Source of the DNA: Macrostomum lignano
Taxonomy: Eukaryota
Length of the DNA: 64,000 bases
Reading direction: 5' to 3'
Assembly: GCA_002269645.1 (NCBI GenBank)
Contig: NIVC01001593.1
Location: forward strand, 177,960-241,959
Shown: positions 46,291 to 59,475 of the stretch, one piece after another
Layout of the letters: each line of letters begins with the position of its first letter
Position numbering within the stretch: the first letter of the stretch is position 1
Notes under the pieces: generated by a model
Seen by the model: only the letters and a program-made list of their open reading frames with translations
Told to the model about the DNA's origin: nothing
Database searches by the model: none
Position numbers and translations under genes: made by a program

Positions 46291-48509
46291 TACACTAGAG
46301 AACACTGAAGGGGCTTCAAGCGATTCACGATCTCATAATGGATGTACATCACATAAGACATCCATCATCTTGCATCGTTCTTATCGACACAACCATCTTT
46401 TATTTATATAACACATAAGCTCAATGGAAGCTAAATCGGTAAATCCATCAGACTTGTCTCTATAGGGCCAGACGCAACGAAGATTTGACCTAAAAATATC
46501 GCAGTACAGTATGTAGCTCCTGTGTGATAAGCAATGCATAGTAAGTATAATATTTAAGTTGTGCGCTAGCAATGCATCTCAATCCAGGGCTAGTCCCACT
46601 GGGTCAATGTGCGTAGATGCAAGTCAGACGAAATATGATGTGAAGCAAGTGAAGGCAGAGCAGAGAGCACTTTAAAAAGAGCGAAAGAGACGGGCACCAA
46701 TAGACAGTAGCGGGAGCCTAGGCCACTTCTGGGTGCGCTGGACCACAAGCACGCTGCTTCAGCATGTCAGACTCTCTCTCCATGTCCCTGTCCTTCTTGC
46801 CACGTCTCTACACCCCCCCCCCTCGTCATCCCGCAGGCTTTGGTAGAAAGCCAGGAAAAAAAAGCGCGAGCAAATTTAATCATGCGAACGTGGCAGGACT
46901 TGGGACGACCGAATAGGATGGAGGACGGCTGGCGGCTCTCCTAAATCAGCGGAACTGTGCGCGCGCTAAGGCAGGCCAACCAACTTGTTTGCCGGCATGG
47001 AGAGAAAAAATTGGCGCAGAGAGTAAAGCAAGAAGTCGACAGTAGCAGACGCGGCGTTAAACATAGCTGCTGATAGCTCAGAATCTTTCATCGGGTTGAA
47101 AGTCCGGGCAGGTTTATAAGAATCGCAGGCGTGTACAAGCGCATTGCAAACGAATTGTATAGTTGTGGCGGGTTATTCAAGAAATTCAATATATGGTCCT
47201 TTCGCATCCCAGGAAGCGACGCTGGCGGCTGTCTCAGAACAAATTTTATATATCAATACCTTTGGTCAAGTAATATATCACACAACAGATAGGCAAGTTT
47301 TGGAGCACCCTTTTTCAAGATCGTGGGTGCACTAATCACCCGGTGTGTGCGCGTGTCCATGTAGTCAATCCAGCAGATGACCCCACAAACGAGCTGTCTA
47401 CGTTTTGGAAGATTACCGCAAGTATTGAGCTTGAGCTGCCTCTGCGTTAGATGAACCTAACTGTGAAGAGAGCTGGTCAGAGGACTATCTCGAAGGCTTT
47501 AAGCCACAGAAGCTGGTAAGGCATGAGCCCCAGAAGTTGATACCCTACCAGTGAGACTCACTGCACAGGGAGTTTGGTGTAGTGTTCGCTTTTCTCCTGT
47601 GGAATGGCTCTCACTGGCTGCCGGAAGTACCCTGATTTGAGACCGCAGTTTCACCGTTAAGTCGGCGAGTCAAGCCAAAAATGTTTAGTTGTTCGCAGTA
47701 AACCAACCCCCACTGGTCAAGCCTTGAGTCTTGCCCTCCAATTACTTATATGCGGGAGGACCCATCACTCCCGCTGCAGAGCATAACTAAGACTGATCCA
47801 TGCCAGCATTAGGCAACCCCGGTTAACAACAGCAACAAGTCTGAATAGACAGCATTAGTTGTCTTTGTATGCAAATGTAGGCCCTAACAGAGACAGGACT
47901 TTAGAAGTGAGAAAACTTTCCAATTTCAAAACTTGAACTCGTAAAGTTAAAGTTTGGGATTAAGACTACTGCGTATAATGTCAGATTCTTGCAATCATAA
48001 TAACTAAAAGTACAATATAAGAGTAATTCTTAATCAATTGCTGCTATATATATTTCTTCATTACTATTATGAAAGTAGCAGGCCCAGTGAACTATTCCAT
48101 ATATCTATCTAATAAAGGCAGTAGTGCGGGAGAGGAGCTTGAGAAGTGAAACAGGAGCATTGGGAAGCAGGCCAGGGGAAGTTGAAGCCGGAGATTTACC
48201 ATCGATCAGAGGAAATCTCTAGGCAGGGCAGACCGCCAATTCCTATAGGGAACTAAGAAGAAAGGTCTAATGCCCAGTGGCTAGGGAGGGGAGCAGTTCA
48301 AACTTTAGGGCTGGCCATAGGCGATGGTGATGAGGTGCGGGTACTCCCACTAACGAGACATTCGATCAGCATCCAATCTGCGAGGGGCCCGGATGCCAAA
48401 TGAGCGAGCTGTAGAATTATTGGCTTATCGTAGAGTAGTGCTTTATAATGGTCTCTGGCTTTAAGCTTTAATAGTCCAATTGCTGGGAAAGTTCAAGTTG
48501 AATCACTCA

Positions 48510-49006
48510 GGTGGTCAAGGGATCACAAGGGGGATTGCATGGGTGGTCAAGGGATCACAAGGGGGAATGCACGGGTGGTCAAGGGATCACAAGGGGGATT
48601 GCATGGGTGGTCAAGGGATCAAGGGGGATAGCACGGGTGGTCAAGGGATCAAGGGGGATAGCACGGGTGGTCAAGGGATCACAAGGGGGATTGCACGGGT
48701 GGTCAAGGGATCACAAGGGGGATTGCACGGGTGGTCAAGGGATCACAAGGGGGATTGCACGGGTGGTCAAGGGATCACAAGGGAGATTGCATGGGTGGGT
48801 GGTCAAGGGATCACAAGGGAGATTGCACGGGTGGTCAAGGGATCACAAGGGGGATTGCACGGGTGGTCAAGGGATCACAAGGGAGATTGCACGGGTGGTC
48901 AAGGGATCACAAGGGGGATTGCACGGGTGGTCAAGGGATCACAAGGGGGATTGCACGGGTGGTCAAGGGATCAAAAGGGGGATAGCACAGGTGGTCAAGG
49001 GATCAA
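48510..49006. repeat. 32-bp G-rich minisatellite (GGGTGGTCAAGGGATCACAAGGGGGATTGCAC)
   Basis: Seen directly; period 32 (48661 to 48693). Confidence 0.94.
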
Positions 49007-50114
49007 GACGAATTGCTCGTGCACGCTATAAGTTGTCGACCTTGTCAACATTGTCAACCCCAACCCCCAGTCCCCCGACCCCGCCGAGTTCAGCACCCAT
49101 CCAATTTGATTAGAGCAGTATTCTTCGCAAAATATACATACTCGTAGGTTAGCAGTCTCTTCTCCAGAGAACTCTCCAGAGTACGTGTTGGTTTTTTCTG
49201 TTCGTTTGGCTCGTAGCCATAAACTAAAGCATCGAGGACTCCGGAGACTAGCCCAGAGGCAAACCTATCAATAGGAACGGCTGATGCTAGCAAAGGAATC
49301 AATGGATCGAAAAGAAATCGCACAAATGGCCAAAATACTCTATAAACAGATTAAGGGAGGGGGTTGCGGATGGCTAATTATTCCATTACAAGTGCATACC
49401 CAAGGGCCAATAGTCTACAAGGCACAACGCAACAGCCTACTGTAAAGGGAACACAGATTTTCCAGTAGCTTTGTCAATATCTGCCTATTTACACACCAGG
49501 GATTCACAAATCTATTCGAAAATCTATAGAAGCTGCACTGCTTTTAGCTTTTAGTAAAAGTTTTTACACACATTTCATACATTCTTATATTTGTGATCCT
49601 CTGGTCGCAAGCAGGAAAAGAGGGATTAAGGTGTCCTTTTGGGTGGGGACCTTCGTGCGGGAAAGTCTCATAGATCCTACTTAAAGCAGTAAACAATGCA
49701 TACATCATATTTATACTAGGGTACGCAGACGCTTAGCGATAAGAACGAAAAGGTTAAATTTAAGTGAAGCTCGAGAACCCCGTATAAGTTTCAGTAGTTG
49801 ACAAGTTTATACAGTTTATATAAAAATTTCTGAACTCTAAGGAGCAAGAGTAGGCAGATTGTCAGAGTTAAAGCGGTTCCCAGGCTTATGCGCCAGCAAC
49901 GAGGCAACAACTAGCACAGCGATAAGATAAAATGTGAGGCCGTGCTCGCAAATCAGCATTTCCAACTTGCATTAAGAGATTTCAGAATTTTTGTTTTTAT
50001 TAGAAAATAACGCTAACTTTTGAAACAGAATTAACCTGTTAGCCTTTGTTTAAAACGAATGTGTTGCATCTATCTGCATCTGCATGTAATCCAATATTCA
50101 ATGGAAATTCCTTT

Positions 50115-50407
50115 GGGGGTTTTGTAGCCTAGTGGTCAGAGCGTCGGACTTACGACTGGAAGGTCAGGGGTTCGATTCCCAATCCCACTCGAAATAATTT
50201 GTGTCCTTGAGTAAGACACTTAACTCTGCATTGCTTCAGTTCACCCAGCTGTAAAATGGGTGCCAGCATTAGCTGGGGGTAATTGAGGCTGTGTGTGTGG
50301 CAACCCCCCAGTCCTTGGACTGAACAGCCGTACGCAGCCTTCAGATGCGCCGCGCAATAGCTGCGGCTGAGCTGCAATCAAATATATTATATCATTATTA
50401 TTATTAC
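50115..50407 (+). mobile_element. tRNA-derived SINE with a CORE/Nin-like central domain and (ATT)n tail
   Basis: A box TAGCCTAGTGG and B box GGTTCGATTC, then TGTGTCCTTGAGTAAGACACTTAAC...CAGCTGTAAAATGGG. A second copy lies at 63391. Confidence 0.85.
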
Positions 50408-52135
50408 AAGCATAGGAGCCAGTTTCACAGAAATCATAGTGAAAAGATTTTGACTCGACCCATGCTCTAAGAAATTCTAAGAAAGACGAATTAGGGTAGC
50501 AGAGGGCCCCACAGCTTTAATTACAGTTAGGGCTACAATAATTAACTTGGAAAGCATCAGCTCAAGCTGTTTCAATTAATAATTAACAAGAACAGCAGTC
50601 ATAAGTGCACACTGCAAGCGAGGTTGTTGGATTTCTCGGGCAAGCATATATAAAATTCTAACTTCCACACAGGTTGGACGCTACATGGAGAAGTACAGTT
50701 TTCATTTAACTTAACATTCAATTCTTGAGAAAGTTGAATTTTTATAATGCAGAACAACAAAATTTGAAGCTGCAAAGCTTGAAGAAAAAACATCCAGAAA
50801 GAGAGGCGCTCTCTAAACTACGCAGTTATACAAACCCGAAATTTGCTAATAATAACGAAAATGCTTGCCTTGATCCATACGCATAATGGACTAATTTTAA
50901 ACAACTGGGGTCAATGCGCTTAGCAATTCAGTGTTTTGAATGTTTTCCCGATAAAAACGGAACCTACAAGGCCAACAAGCGTCGTAGAGTCACTGAGTTG
51001 CGTCTGCGTCACTTCGCATTCATAACAACTCTATTTAGTTAGTCTACTTGACTTTGTAGCAATTTAAACGCTAACACAACGAATCTTCGGCGACTTTTTC
51101 GCAACTCTTCTACGATTCTGCAACTCACGTGATGTGCTCGCGACTCAACAGTCGCCTTTCCGTCACATTGCAGTCGTTTGAGTGGTTAAAGAAGTCACAC
51201 GAGTTGCTAGTGAGTTGTTTGCAATGATTTTAGCGATTCTTTTTCACGGTATCACGGTGACGGTTTTAACGAATTCGATGGTGGGGCGGACCTCGCATCA
51301 AAGTCCGGGGGTTCGATTCTGCACAGAGTGGCTAAATGAATTTATGGTTTCAAGCATCCAAAATAAGGAAATGCTGATGACCAGATAAGCGGGCCGACTG
51401 TAACTCCCAACCCCCCGGTGAAAATTAACCTCTAGGAAACTAAAAAATGGATCGAAAAAGAAACGGAAGATGCGCGATGATGTATTAATAAAAAAATAAA
51501 CTTGCCTCGATAATAAAATGCCGTTTGAAGCTTTCAAAATCTCGACTGTTTTTGACGCGGAAAACAGTTTAGGAAGGGAAACTCAAGATTCTAGTTCAGA
51601 GATATATGTAGTGGCGGACAGAAACCTACCCTGCAGCCAATGCAGATATTGGCTGCTACGCCATTGGACAGGCTGGCACGTACAGCAAGTTAATTCTCTA
51701 TCCAAACATGTCTAACCAATTGATGGAATTAAAGCGCTTTAAAGCAATCGAACAGCATGGATTTTAGAAAATCACAAACGCAATTAAAGACTTTGTCGTA
51801 AAATAAATCGATAAAAATCGGAATAATTATAATTACATAATCTGTAAAACATCAAAAAAGACGCAAAAAATATTCTGCTTGCTACTAAGAGTAGCTTAAT
51901 TAGTAGTATTTATTAAGGTTAAATAATCAGCGCGAGAATGAAAAACGGATAAAAGCATTGAATTGAGAAAGAAGAACTAAAAAATGCAAAGTATCCAACT
52001 TACTTGCATTAAATAACAGGAGCCTAGAGAAACAAATGGAAATTAGGTCAAAAAGTACAAGACAAAAAATTCACACATGGAAATAAAAATCTAAATAATA
52101 GGCAATAAAATAGAAATAAGCTTATCAACACTCAC

Positions 52136-52260
52136 CGCCGCTAGTGTAGCTCTCTGTAGCTGATTGCTCACCAGCTCCAGCTGCAGCCTGCTTCATCTTG
52201 GTTGAAGCTTCTTCACCACTGACTTGTGCTTCAGAATCCAGCAAGATTAAATCAGTTATG
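52136..52260 (-). CDS. Isolated 125-bp putative coding exon (ITDLILLDSEAQVSGEEASTKMKQAAAGAGEQSATESYTSG)
   Basis: TTTCATTTTTAG acceptor, G|GTGAGT donor, open frame, and a GC-richer island in AT-rich surroundings. Confidence 0.55.
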
Positions 52261-54744
52261 CTAAAAATGAAAACTTAAATACAAAATGTTGAAACATTAC
52301 TATTAAATATTAATAATTAATTTTGACTGACAAACATATTAAGTAGCAAAACCAGAGATGTGAGATTCAAGACAACAAGCTTGGTTGTGGCATTTGTATT
52401 TTGTATCAAATAATCTTGAAGCTTTAGAAAAAGTTGAGACAAATAATTTTTCCTGTATATATGCTTGTACCCCTTACAAGCATTGATCAGTTTTGCAATT
52501 TTGCAAACTTGTAATCTGGTTAGATTGGCTAGGTATACATGCATATAGGGTGCTAGTTATTTTGTCAAATGCTTTTTCATCCATCAGTTTATCAAAAATC
52601 ACTGGACAAAATGTCAATATTCAATGTTTTTATTTAAGAAAATCATTCATAGAAAATGACATACATTTAAGTATTTTAATAGCTAGAGAATCCTCTCTAG
52701 TTGCTTTGCTTCCCTAGAAAACAACATTCACCCTGCTCCACCTTCTACTATACAAAGTGTTTATTTTTACTATATGAGAAGGAAAGGGTATTCTATGCAC
52801 ACAGCTTAGTCATTGCTTCATTTGCCTATTCATGCCTATATGATAGCAAACCTGGAGAGAATGAAAGACCTTGCTAAATTTCTAAATCTCTATTATACTC
52901 TTAGATAGGCCTACTAAAAGAACTAGATGGGCCACTCAGGCATACATACTTCATAAAACACCTTTCTACTTTTAGTTCAGTAGCAAAGAAGAATACATAT
53001 GCTATTTTATTAAAAAGGTTGCTAAAAAGATTGTGATAAGTTTAGAAGCCCAAGCTTTCAGGTATAAACAACTTGCTAATTGGTTCAGCAATAATGTATT
53101 TTGTAAATGTACATGGTAGCTTTAGGCTGGAATTCTAAGAAAGGCAATAAAAACTGGGGTGGGATGGAGGGTCAGTATAGAAAAGCATGGTTAGAAGGTT
53201 TAAGCTAGGGGATAAGAGCCAATAAATGAGCCTTGGCTTTAAACTACATTAAAATTCATCTGTTTAACTTACTACTAAACTGAAAATAGCTTACATTTAT
53301 ATGCAAATGTGCTAAGTGGCCTATCTAGTTATTCTAGTCTAGTATCTATAGATATATTCAAAGTTGATTAAAGCTTTAGACTTTGAAAACATAGTTTCTT
53401 TGCCAAAATAAATGTTCCTAAAGATATGATTCAATGGTTATGCCCCATCATTAACCTGCCTCAATATAAAGATTCAATCTATATAACTAAATCTAAAATT
53501 GATTACTATCTTTATCAATAAAAGCCTTTAAAGGCTAAGCTTTTCAAATACATTTATTTATAGCCTATAGCTTTACACTAGCTCAAATAACTAGTTTCCT
53601 ATAGGAAAACTAGGTAGAATAAGTGATTTAAAAAAGGCTTTAAGACTAACCTAGTATAACTCCTAGCCTAGGGTTGCTTTCTAGAAGATTTAGGATCACT
53701 TTAGAACTTTTGGCTTCACTAAAAGCCAAAATGATGATATAGTGCAATGTGACAAGGTGCCACATAAGGCTAAACTTATGTTAATAAGCTATTATAGCTA
53801 TAGATTTGCTATTCTCTTTAGGTACAATATAAAATTTTGACTTTTAATTTTTATGAAATTGTAATTCACTTGTAAAAATTCTGAATTTAGGAAAATCAAA
53901 ATCAAAATCTTAGAACATCTCTAACCATTATAAATGAAAAGTGTATAGGCCCTTTCCACAGAGATATTAGGCCCCTTCCATGTATATTTGTTTGCTGGAA
54001 CAGCAGCTAGCAGAAAGTGGGCAGTGTGCATTTAGAAAAATTTCAAAAGTGCACTGGACGCTGTCCGCAGTTTTACAAATTTTTCCTATAGGGCATTATG
54101 ATAACAATTGCTATGGTAGTTAAGTCAGAAAATAAATGCTTTTGTATTTTTAAAATTAAACAAAAATAACCTAAATAAATTATAACATAAAAAGTTATTA
54201 TAAAATCTAAAGCCAATATAATATCAAACCATTTTTTATTTTAACCCAACTTTTTATAGAATTAGACATACTTTTATAGTATTTTATAGTATTAGATATT
54301 TTCCCTAAGCATTTTAGGTCTAAATCTAAGGTTAACTTTTATAAATAGGCCTAGCTAGGCCTATTATTACAAAGGTTAGCAACTCTAGCAAGTAATCAAA
54401 AACATGTCAAAATTAAAAAAAGTATTAAAAAGAGACTAACTTTGACTATTCTGATAGAAATGTTATGCAAAAAAGAGAAAAATTTATCTAGCAGTTTTTC
54501 TGCAATGTAGAATTGAGGCAGGCTACTTTTCTTTACTGTAATAAGATTAGAAAGACAAAGCCAATAAAAATCTTTTTTTTTTAGTATTTATGGATATTTA
54601 TGGTGAATAAAAATAAAACTTTAAAAATTCTGAGGTGCATACTGCTGCCTCTGTCTCTCCCTGCTAATTGAATGTTAAAAGAGGGTTTGCAGTCTTTAAT
54701 AGGCCTATGCAAAGTTTCTAATATAGAAAGTTTGGAAATCCTTT

Positions 54745-55510
54745 GGTTTACAATCACCGTCTATTTTTCCAGTTTCGGTTTATGATCACCTTATATTTTG
54801 CTTACTGCAGTGCAAAAATGGTGTGTTCAAAACTAAGACATAAAAACCAACAGTAGTTTCAAATGGAAAGAAAGCAAAAGTTGGCTGATCAACTAACTTT
54901 GTTTATTTGAAATGAAAAGATTTGTACATCGGTTCACTAGTAGCTTATATATATATCACCTTTGGTTTACGATAATCTGAAGCTGGCTATAGGAAAGCAT
55001 GTCAACCCTAGCTTAGTATAATTAATCTTCAGTGCTGCACCCCCCCTTACTTTCAATTTACGATCACTTCTATACATGCACTCCATTGAAATGATTGTGA
55101 ACCGAAGCTGGCTTTAGGAAAGCATGTCAACCCTTAGTACACTTTCTTATGGCCAGCTTTGGTTCATGATCATTTTAATAGGCAACATACATTTGGGTGA
55201 TCGTAAACCAAAGGTGAAATATATAGGCTACTGTAGCTCAAACTTGCAACTTGACAATTGAAATTAGTTTGATAGGTTTTCCTACTGCCAGCTTTGGTTT
55301 GCAATCATTTCAATGGGCAACATATGTTTGGGTGATTGTAAAGCAAAGGTAAAATAGTGCTACAACAATCTTACCATCTTTTGAAATAAACAAAGTCAGT
55401 TCGCCAACATTTGATTTTGTTTTATTGGAAACTATGGATTTTATGTCTTACAACTGTTTTTTGTAGTGATCATCACTGTTTAAGGTGATTGTCACTGGGG
55501 TGATAGTAAA
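54745..55510. mobile_element. Decayed palindromic MITE/foldback-like element
   Basis: CACCTTTGGTTTACGAT (54957) / ATCGTAAACCAAAGGTG (55200); TAAGACATAAAA (54834) / TTTTATGTCTTA (55439); internal 31-bp direct repeat at 54979 and 55104. Ends are undefined. Confidence 0.55.
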
Positions 55511-57213
55511 TTGAAGGAATGCTGAAAGTTGATTATAGTGCTCAATATGATTAATAATTTTAAAATTGAAAACAGGGTTCACATTAACACACTACTTGCA
55601 TATGAGTAGGTGGTTTGCCTATGGTTAATTTTTTAAAGCATTGTTTTTGTGCATTTTTTGAAATGTGTTTGAATGATTTTTTTGCTTTTGTTTGTAGGCC
55701 TATTGTTAAATATTGTCAATGTTGTGTATAGCATATAATAGGTAAGCATGGCATGCAAAAGGTGTGCAAACAAAAGACTCTTTAGTATACTTTCTGGCAT
55801 GCATACAATATGATCTGGAGACTAGACTAGAGTAGGCCTATGGTGCATAGGGCCTATACATTGAAAATGGCAAATAGGCCTACCCTTGTTGTACTATAGG
55901 AAATCCTAGTATACATGTTGCCTTCCAAACTATGGGCTATGCTAGTGTCCCTAGTATAATTATAAAGCCAAGTTTTTGGCTAGGCCAATTCTAGTTATAG
56001 GCCTTGCTTGCATTATTTATTTTGTAAATATTTTTATAAGAAATAAAAAGCATAACTATGTGCAAAAATAATCATTGTGCCTAAATTCTAAAACTAAAAT
56101 GCAAAATACATTACAAAAATAATGAAAAATTAGGATACCAAGAGTTTTTTTTTACTTTTTAGTTCTTATTACTTGATCAAATTTAAAAAGTTATGCAGTA
56201 GGACTCATATTTTGTTCTAAAAAATATTAACATTTTTGTAAGTAAAATTCTTGCCAAATAACATTTATACAAATATTTTGTTTTAATATGATATTTGTTT
56301 TAATGACAATGTAGTAACTTTTGTTTTAGCAAGTCGAATAATTTGTTTTAACTAAATGTTGTTTAAATGAATGTAATACAAGCCAATAGAGAGGTTTCAT
56401 TTAGTACAAATATAAGGCAAGAAACTAAACATTTTCTTTAACTCCTTTGTTGGGTTCAATACTCAGTAACTTCAAAATTAGGCCTAAGGTTTCTCTGGTT
56501 TTATTGTCTTAGGCCTAATTAGTTAAATATATAAGTAAGATTGTAAGTTTAGAAAGACCATGTTGGATATAAAAGGCATTTTGCCAATATAGTTAAGCAG
56601 GGATTGCCAAACAAGCATTTTGCTGAGTAAAAAGGGTGGATTGCCTAGTAAGAAGGGAGGATTCTCCAGGACTAGATCTAGGCTATTACAAGTGTGATAC
56701 AGTATTAAGTTGGAAAAAACAGTATTAAAGCTAGAAACCCCTTGGTCAGTGAAACGCTATGTTTGGACTAAGTAGTTTAGAAATTAGTAATAATTAGTAA
56801 GTATAGTAGTCAGCAGTGTCTTGCTGCTTGGGCACTGAAGCTTCCAGGGTAACTTGTACTGACAATAGCCCATATACGTATATATAGGTATAATTAATAG
56901 GATTCCTAGTCCTAGGGTTAGAAATAATAAACTTTGTACAATTTAGTGGAGCCTTAATAGAGAGAAGTTTTGCCCTAGTACAACTTGGTGGCATTAGTAA
57001 CTAGGCACAATTACACCTGTAACAGTAACAGTAGTAAAGATGCAGGGATTCCCCGAGCGATATTCAAGATCGATTTTCGGAAATAACAAAAATCTTTGCT
57101 TTTAAAGCACCAAACGCTATGATTTTTTACAGAAAAAACATCACCCACGAGATAAACCGACTTGAAAAAAATTACGGCTACAGATAGAAAGGATTTTTTA
57201 CAATTTGCAAAAA

Positions 57214-59333
57214 ACTGATGTTCCTATCTCCGCAATGTATTAGATTGATATTCGATTTCGAGTACTTCTGCTTGCTCTCTGTCGCTGAAAATTGACATGC
57301 AGGACTTCACCCAGACACTAAGCGATTATCATAACTCAAACCGAACTCAAAGCTTCATGCTCGAGAACTATTCGAGAAAAACTGATGTTCCTATCTCCGC
57401 AATGTATTAGATTGATATTCGATTTCGAGTACTTCTGCTTGCTCTCTGTCGCTGAAAATTGGCATGCAGGACTTCACCCAGACACTAAGCGATTATCATA
57501 ACTCAAACCGAACTCAAAGCTTCATGCTCGAGAACTATTCGAGAAAAACTGATGTTCCTATCTCCACAATGCATTAGATTGATATTCGATTTCGAGTACT
57601 TCTGCTTGCTCTCTGTCGCTGAAAATTGGCATGCAGGACTTCACCCAGACACTAAGCGATTATCATAACTCAAACCGAACTCAAAGCTTCATGCTCGAGA
57701 ACTATTCGAGAAAAACTGATGTTCCTATCTCCGCAATGTATTAGATTGATATTCGATTTCGAGTACTTCTGCTTGCTCTCTGTCGCTGAAAATTGACATG
57801 CAGGACTTCACCCAGACACTAAGCGATTATCATAACTCAAACCGAACTCAAAGCTTCATGCTCGAGAACTATTCGAGAAAAACTGATGTTCCTATCTCCG
57901 CAATGTATTAGATTGATATTCGATTTCGAGTACTTCTGCTTGCTCTCTGTCGCTGAAAATTGACATGCAGGACTTCACCCAGACACTAAGCGTTTATCAT
58001 AACTCAAACCGAACTCAAAGCTTCATGCTCGAGAACTATTCGAGAAAAACTGATGTTCCTATCTCCGCAATGTATTAGATTGATATTCGATTTCGAGTAC
58101 TTCTGCTTGCTCTCTGTCGCTGAAAATTGACATGCAGGACTTCACCCAGACACTAAGCGATTATCATAACTCAAACCGAACTCAAAGCTTCATGCTCGAG
58201 AACTATTCGAGAAAAACTGATGTTCCTATCTCCACAATGCATTAGATTGATATTCGATTTCGAGTACTTCTGCTTGCTCTCTGTCGCTGAAAATTGGCAT
58301 GCAGGACTTCACCCAGACACTAAGCGATTATCATAACTCAAACCGAACTCAAAGCTTCATGCTCGAGAACTATTCGAGAAAAACTGATGTTCCTATCTCC
58401 GCAATGTATTAGATTGATATTCGATTTCGAGTACTTCTGCTTGCTCTCTGTCGCTGAAAATTGACATGCAGGACTTCACCCAGACACTAAGCGATTATCA
58501 TAACTCAAACCGAACTCAAAGCTTCATGCTCGAGAACTATTCGAGAAAAACTGATGTTCCTATCTCCGCAATGTATTAGATTGATATTCGATTTCGAGTA
58601 CTTCTGCTTGCTCTCTGTCGCTGAAAATTGGCATGCAGGACTTCACCCAGACACTAAGCGATTATCATAACTCAAACCGAACTCAAAGCTTCATGCTCGA
58701 GAACTATTCGAGAAAAACTGATGTTCCTATCTCCGCAATGCATTAGATTGATATTCGATTTCGAGTACTTCTGCTTGCTCTCTGTCGCTGAAAATTGACA
58801 TGCAGGACTTCACCCAGACACTAAGCGATTATCATAACTCAAACCGAACTCAAAGCTTCATGCTCGAGAACTATTCGAGAAAAACTGATGTTCCTATCTC
58901 CGCAATGTATTAGATTGATATTCGATTTCGAGTACTTCTGCTTGCTCTCTGTCGCTGAAAATTGGCATGCAGGACTTCACCCAGACACTAAGCGATTATC
59001 ATAACTCAAACCGAACTCAAAGCTTCATGCTCGAGAACTATTCGAGAAAAACTGATGTTCCTATCTCCACAATGTATTAGATTGATATTCGATTTCGAGT
59101 ACTTCTGCTTGCTCTCTGTCGCTGAAAATTGGCATGCAGGACTTCACCCAGACACTAAGCGATTATCATAACTCAAACCGAACTCAAAGCTTCATGCTCG
59201 AGAACTATTCGAGAAAAACTGATGTTCCTATCTCCGCAATGTATTAGATTGATATTCGATTTCGAGTACTTCTGCTTGCTCTCTGTCGCTGAAAATTGGC
59301 ATGCAGGACTTCACCCAGACACTAAGCGTTTAT
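57214..59333 (+). repeat. Left subterminal array of a 167-bp unit, ~12.7 copies
   Basis: ACTGATGTTCC starts at 57214, 57381, 57548 ... 59218 (12 x 167). Confidence 0.97.
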
Positions 59334-59475
59334 TTGCACTGAATAAATTATAATTTAGATGAAACTCAATTAGCTCTTTAATCTTATCATTTAATTAAAT
59401 CATTAGACTATAGTCTAATAGTCATGCATATTTAATGCTGCACAAAGTTAGGCCATTGACTTGTATGGTAATCGA

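Noticed and set aside
48120-48480. Possible CR1/Jockey-like LINE 3' remnant on the - strand
   Set aside because: Only a vague FF...W..LP-like trace amid stops.
50115-50190. tRNA genes at the SINE heads (also 63391)
   Set aside because: Broken anticodon and acceptor stems, followed by a shared SINE body.
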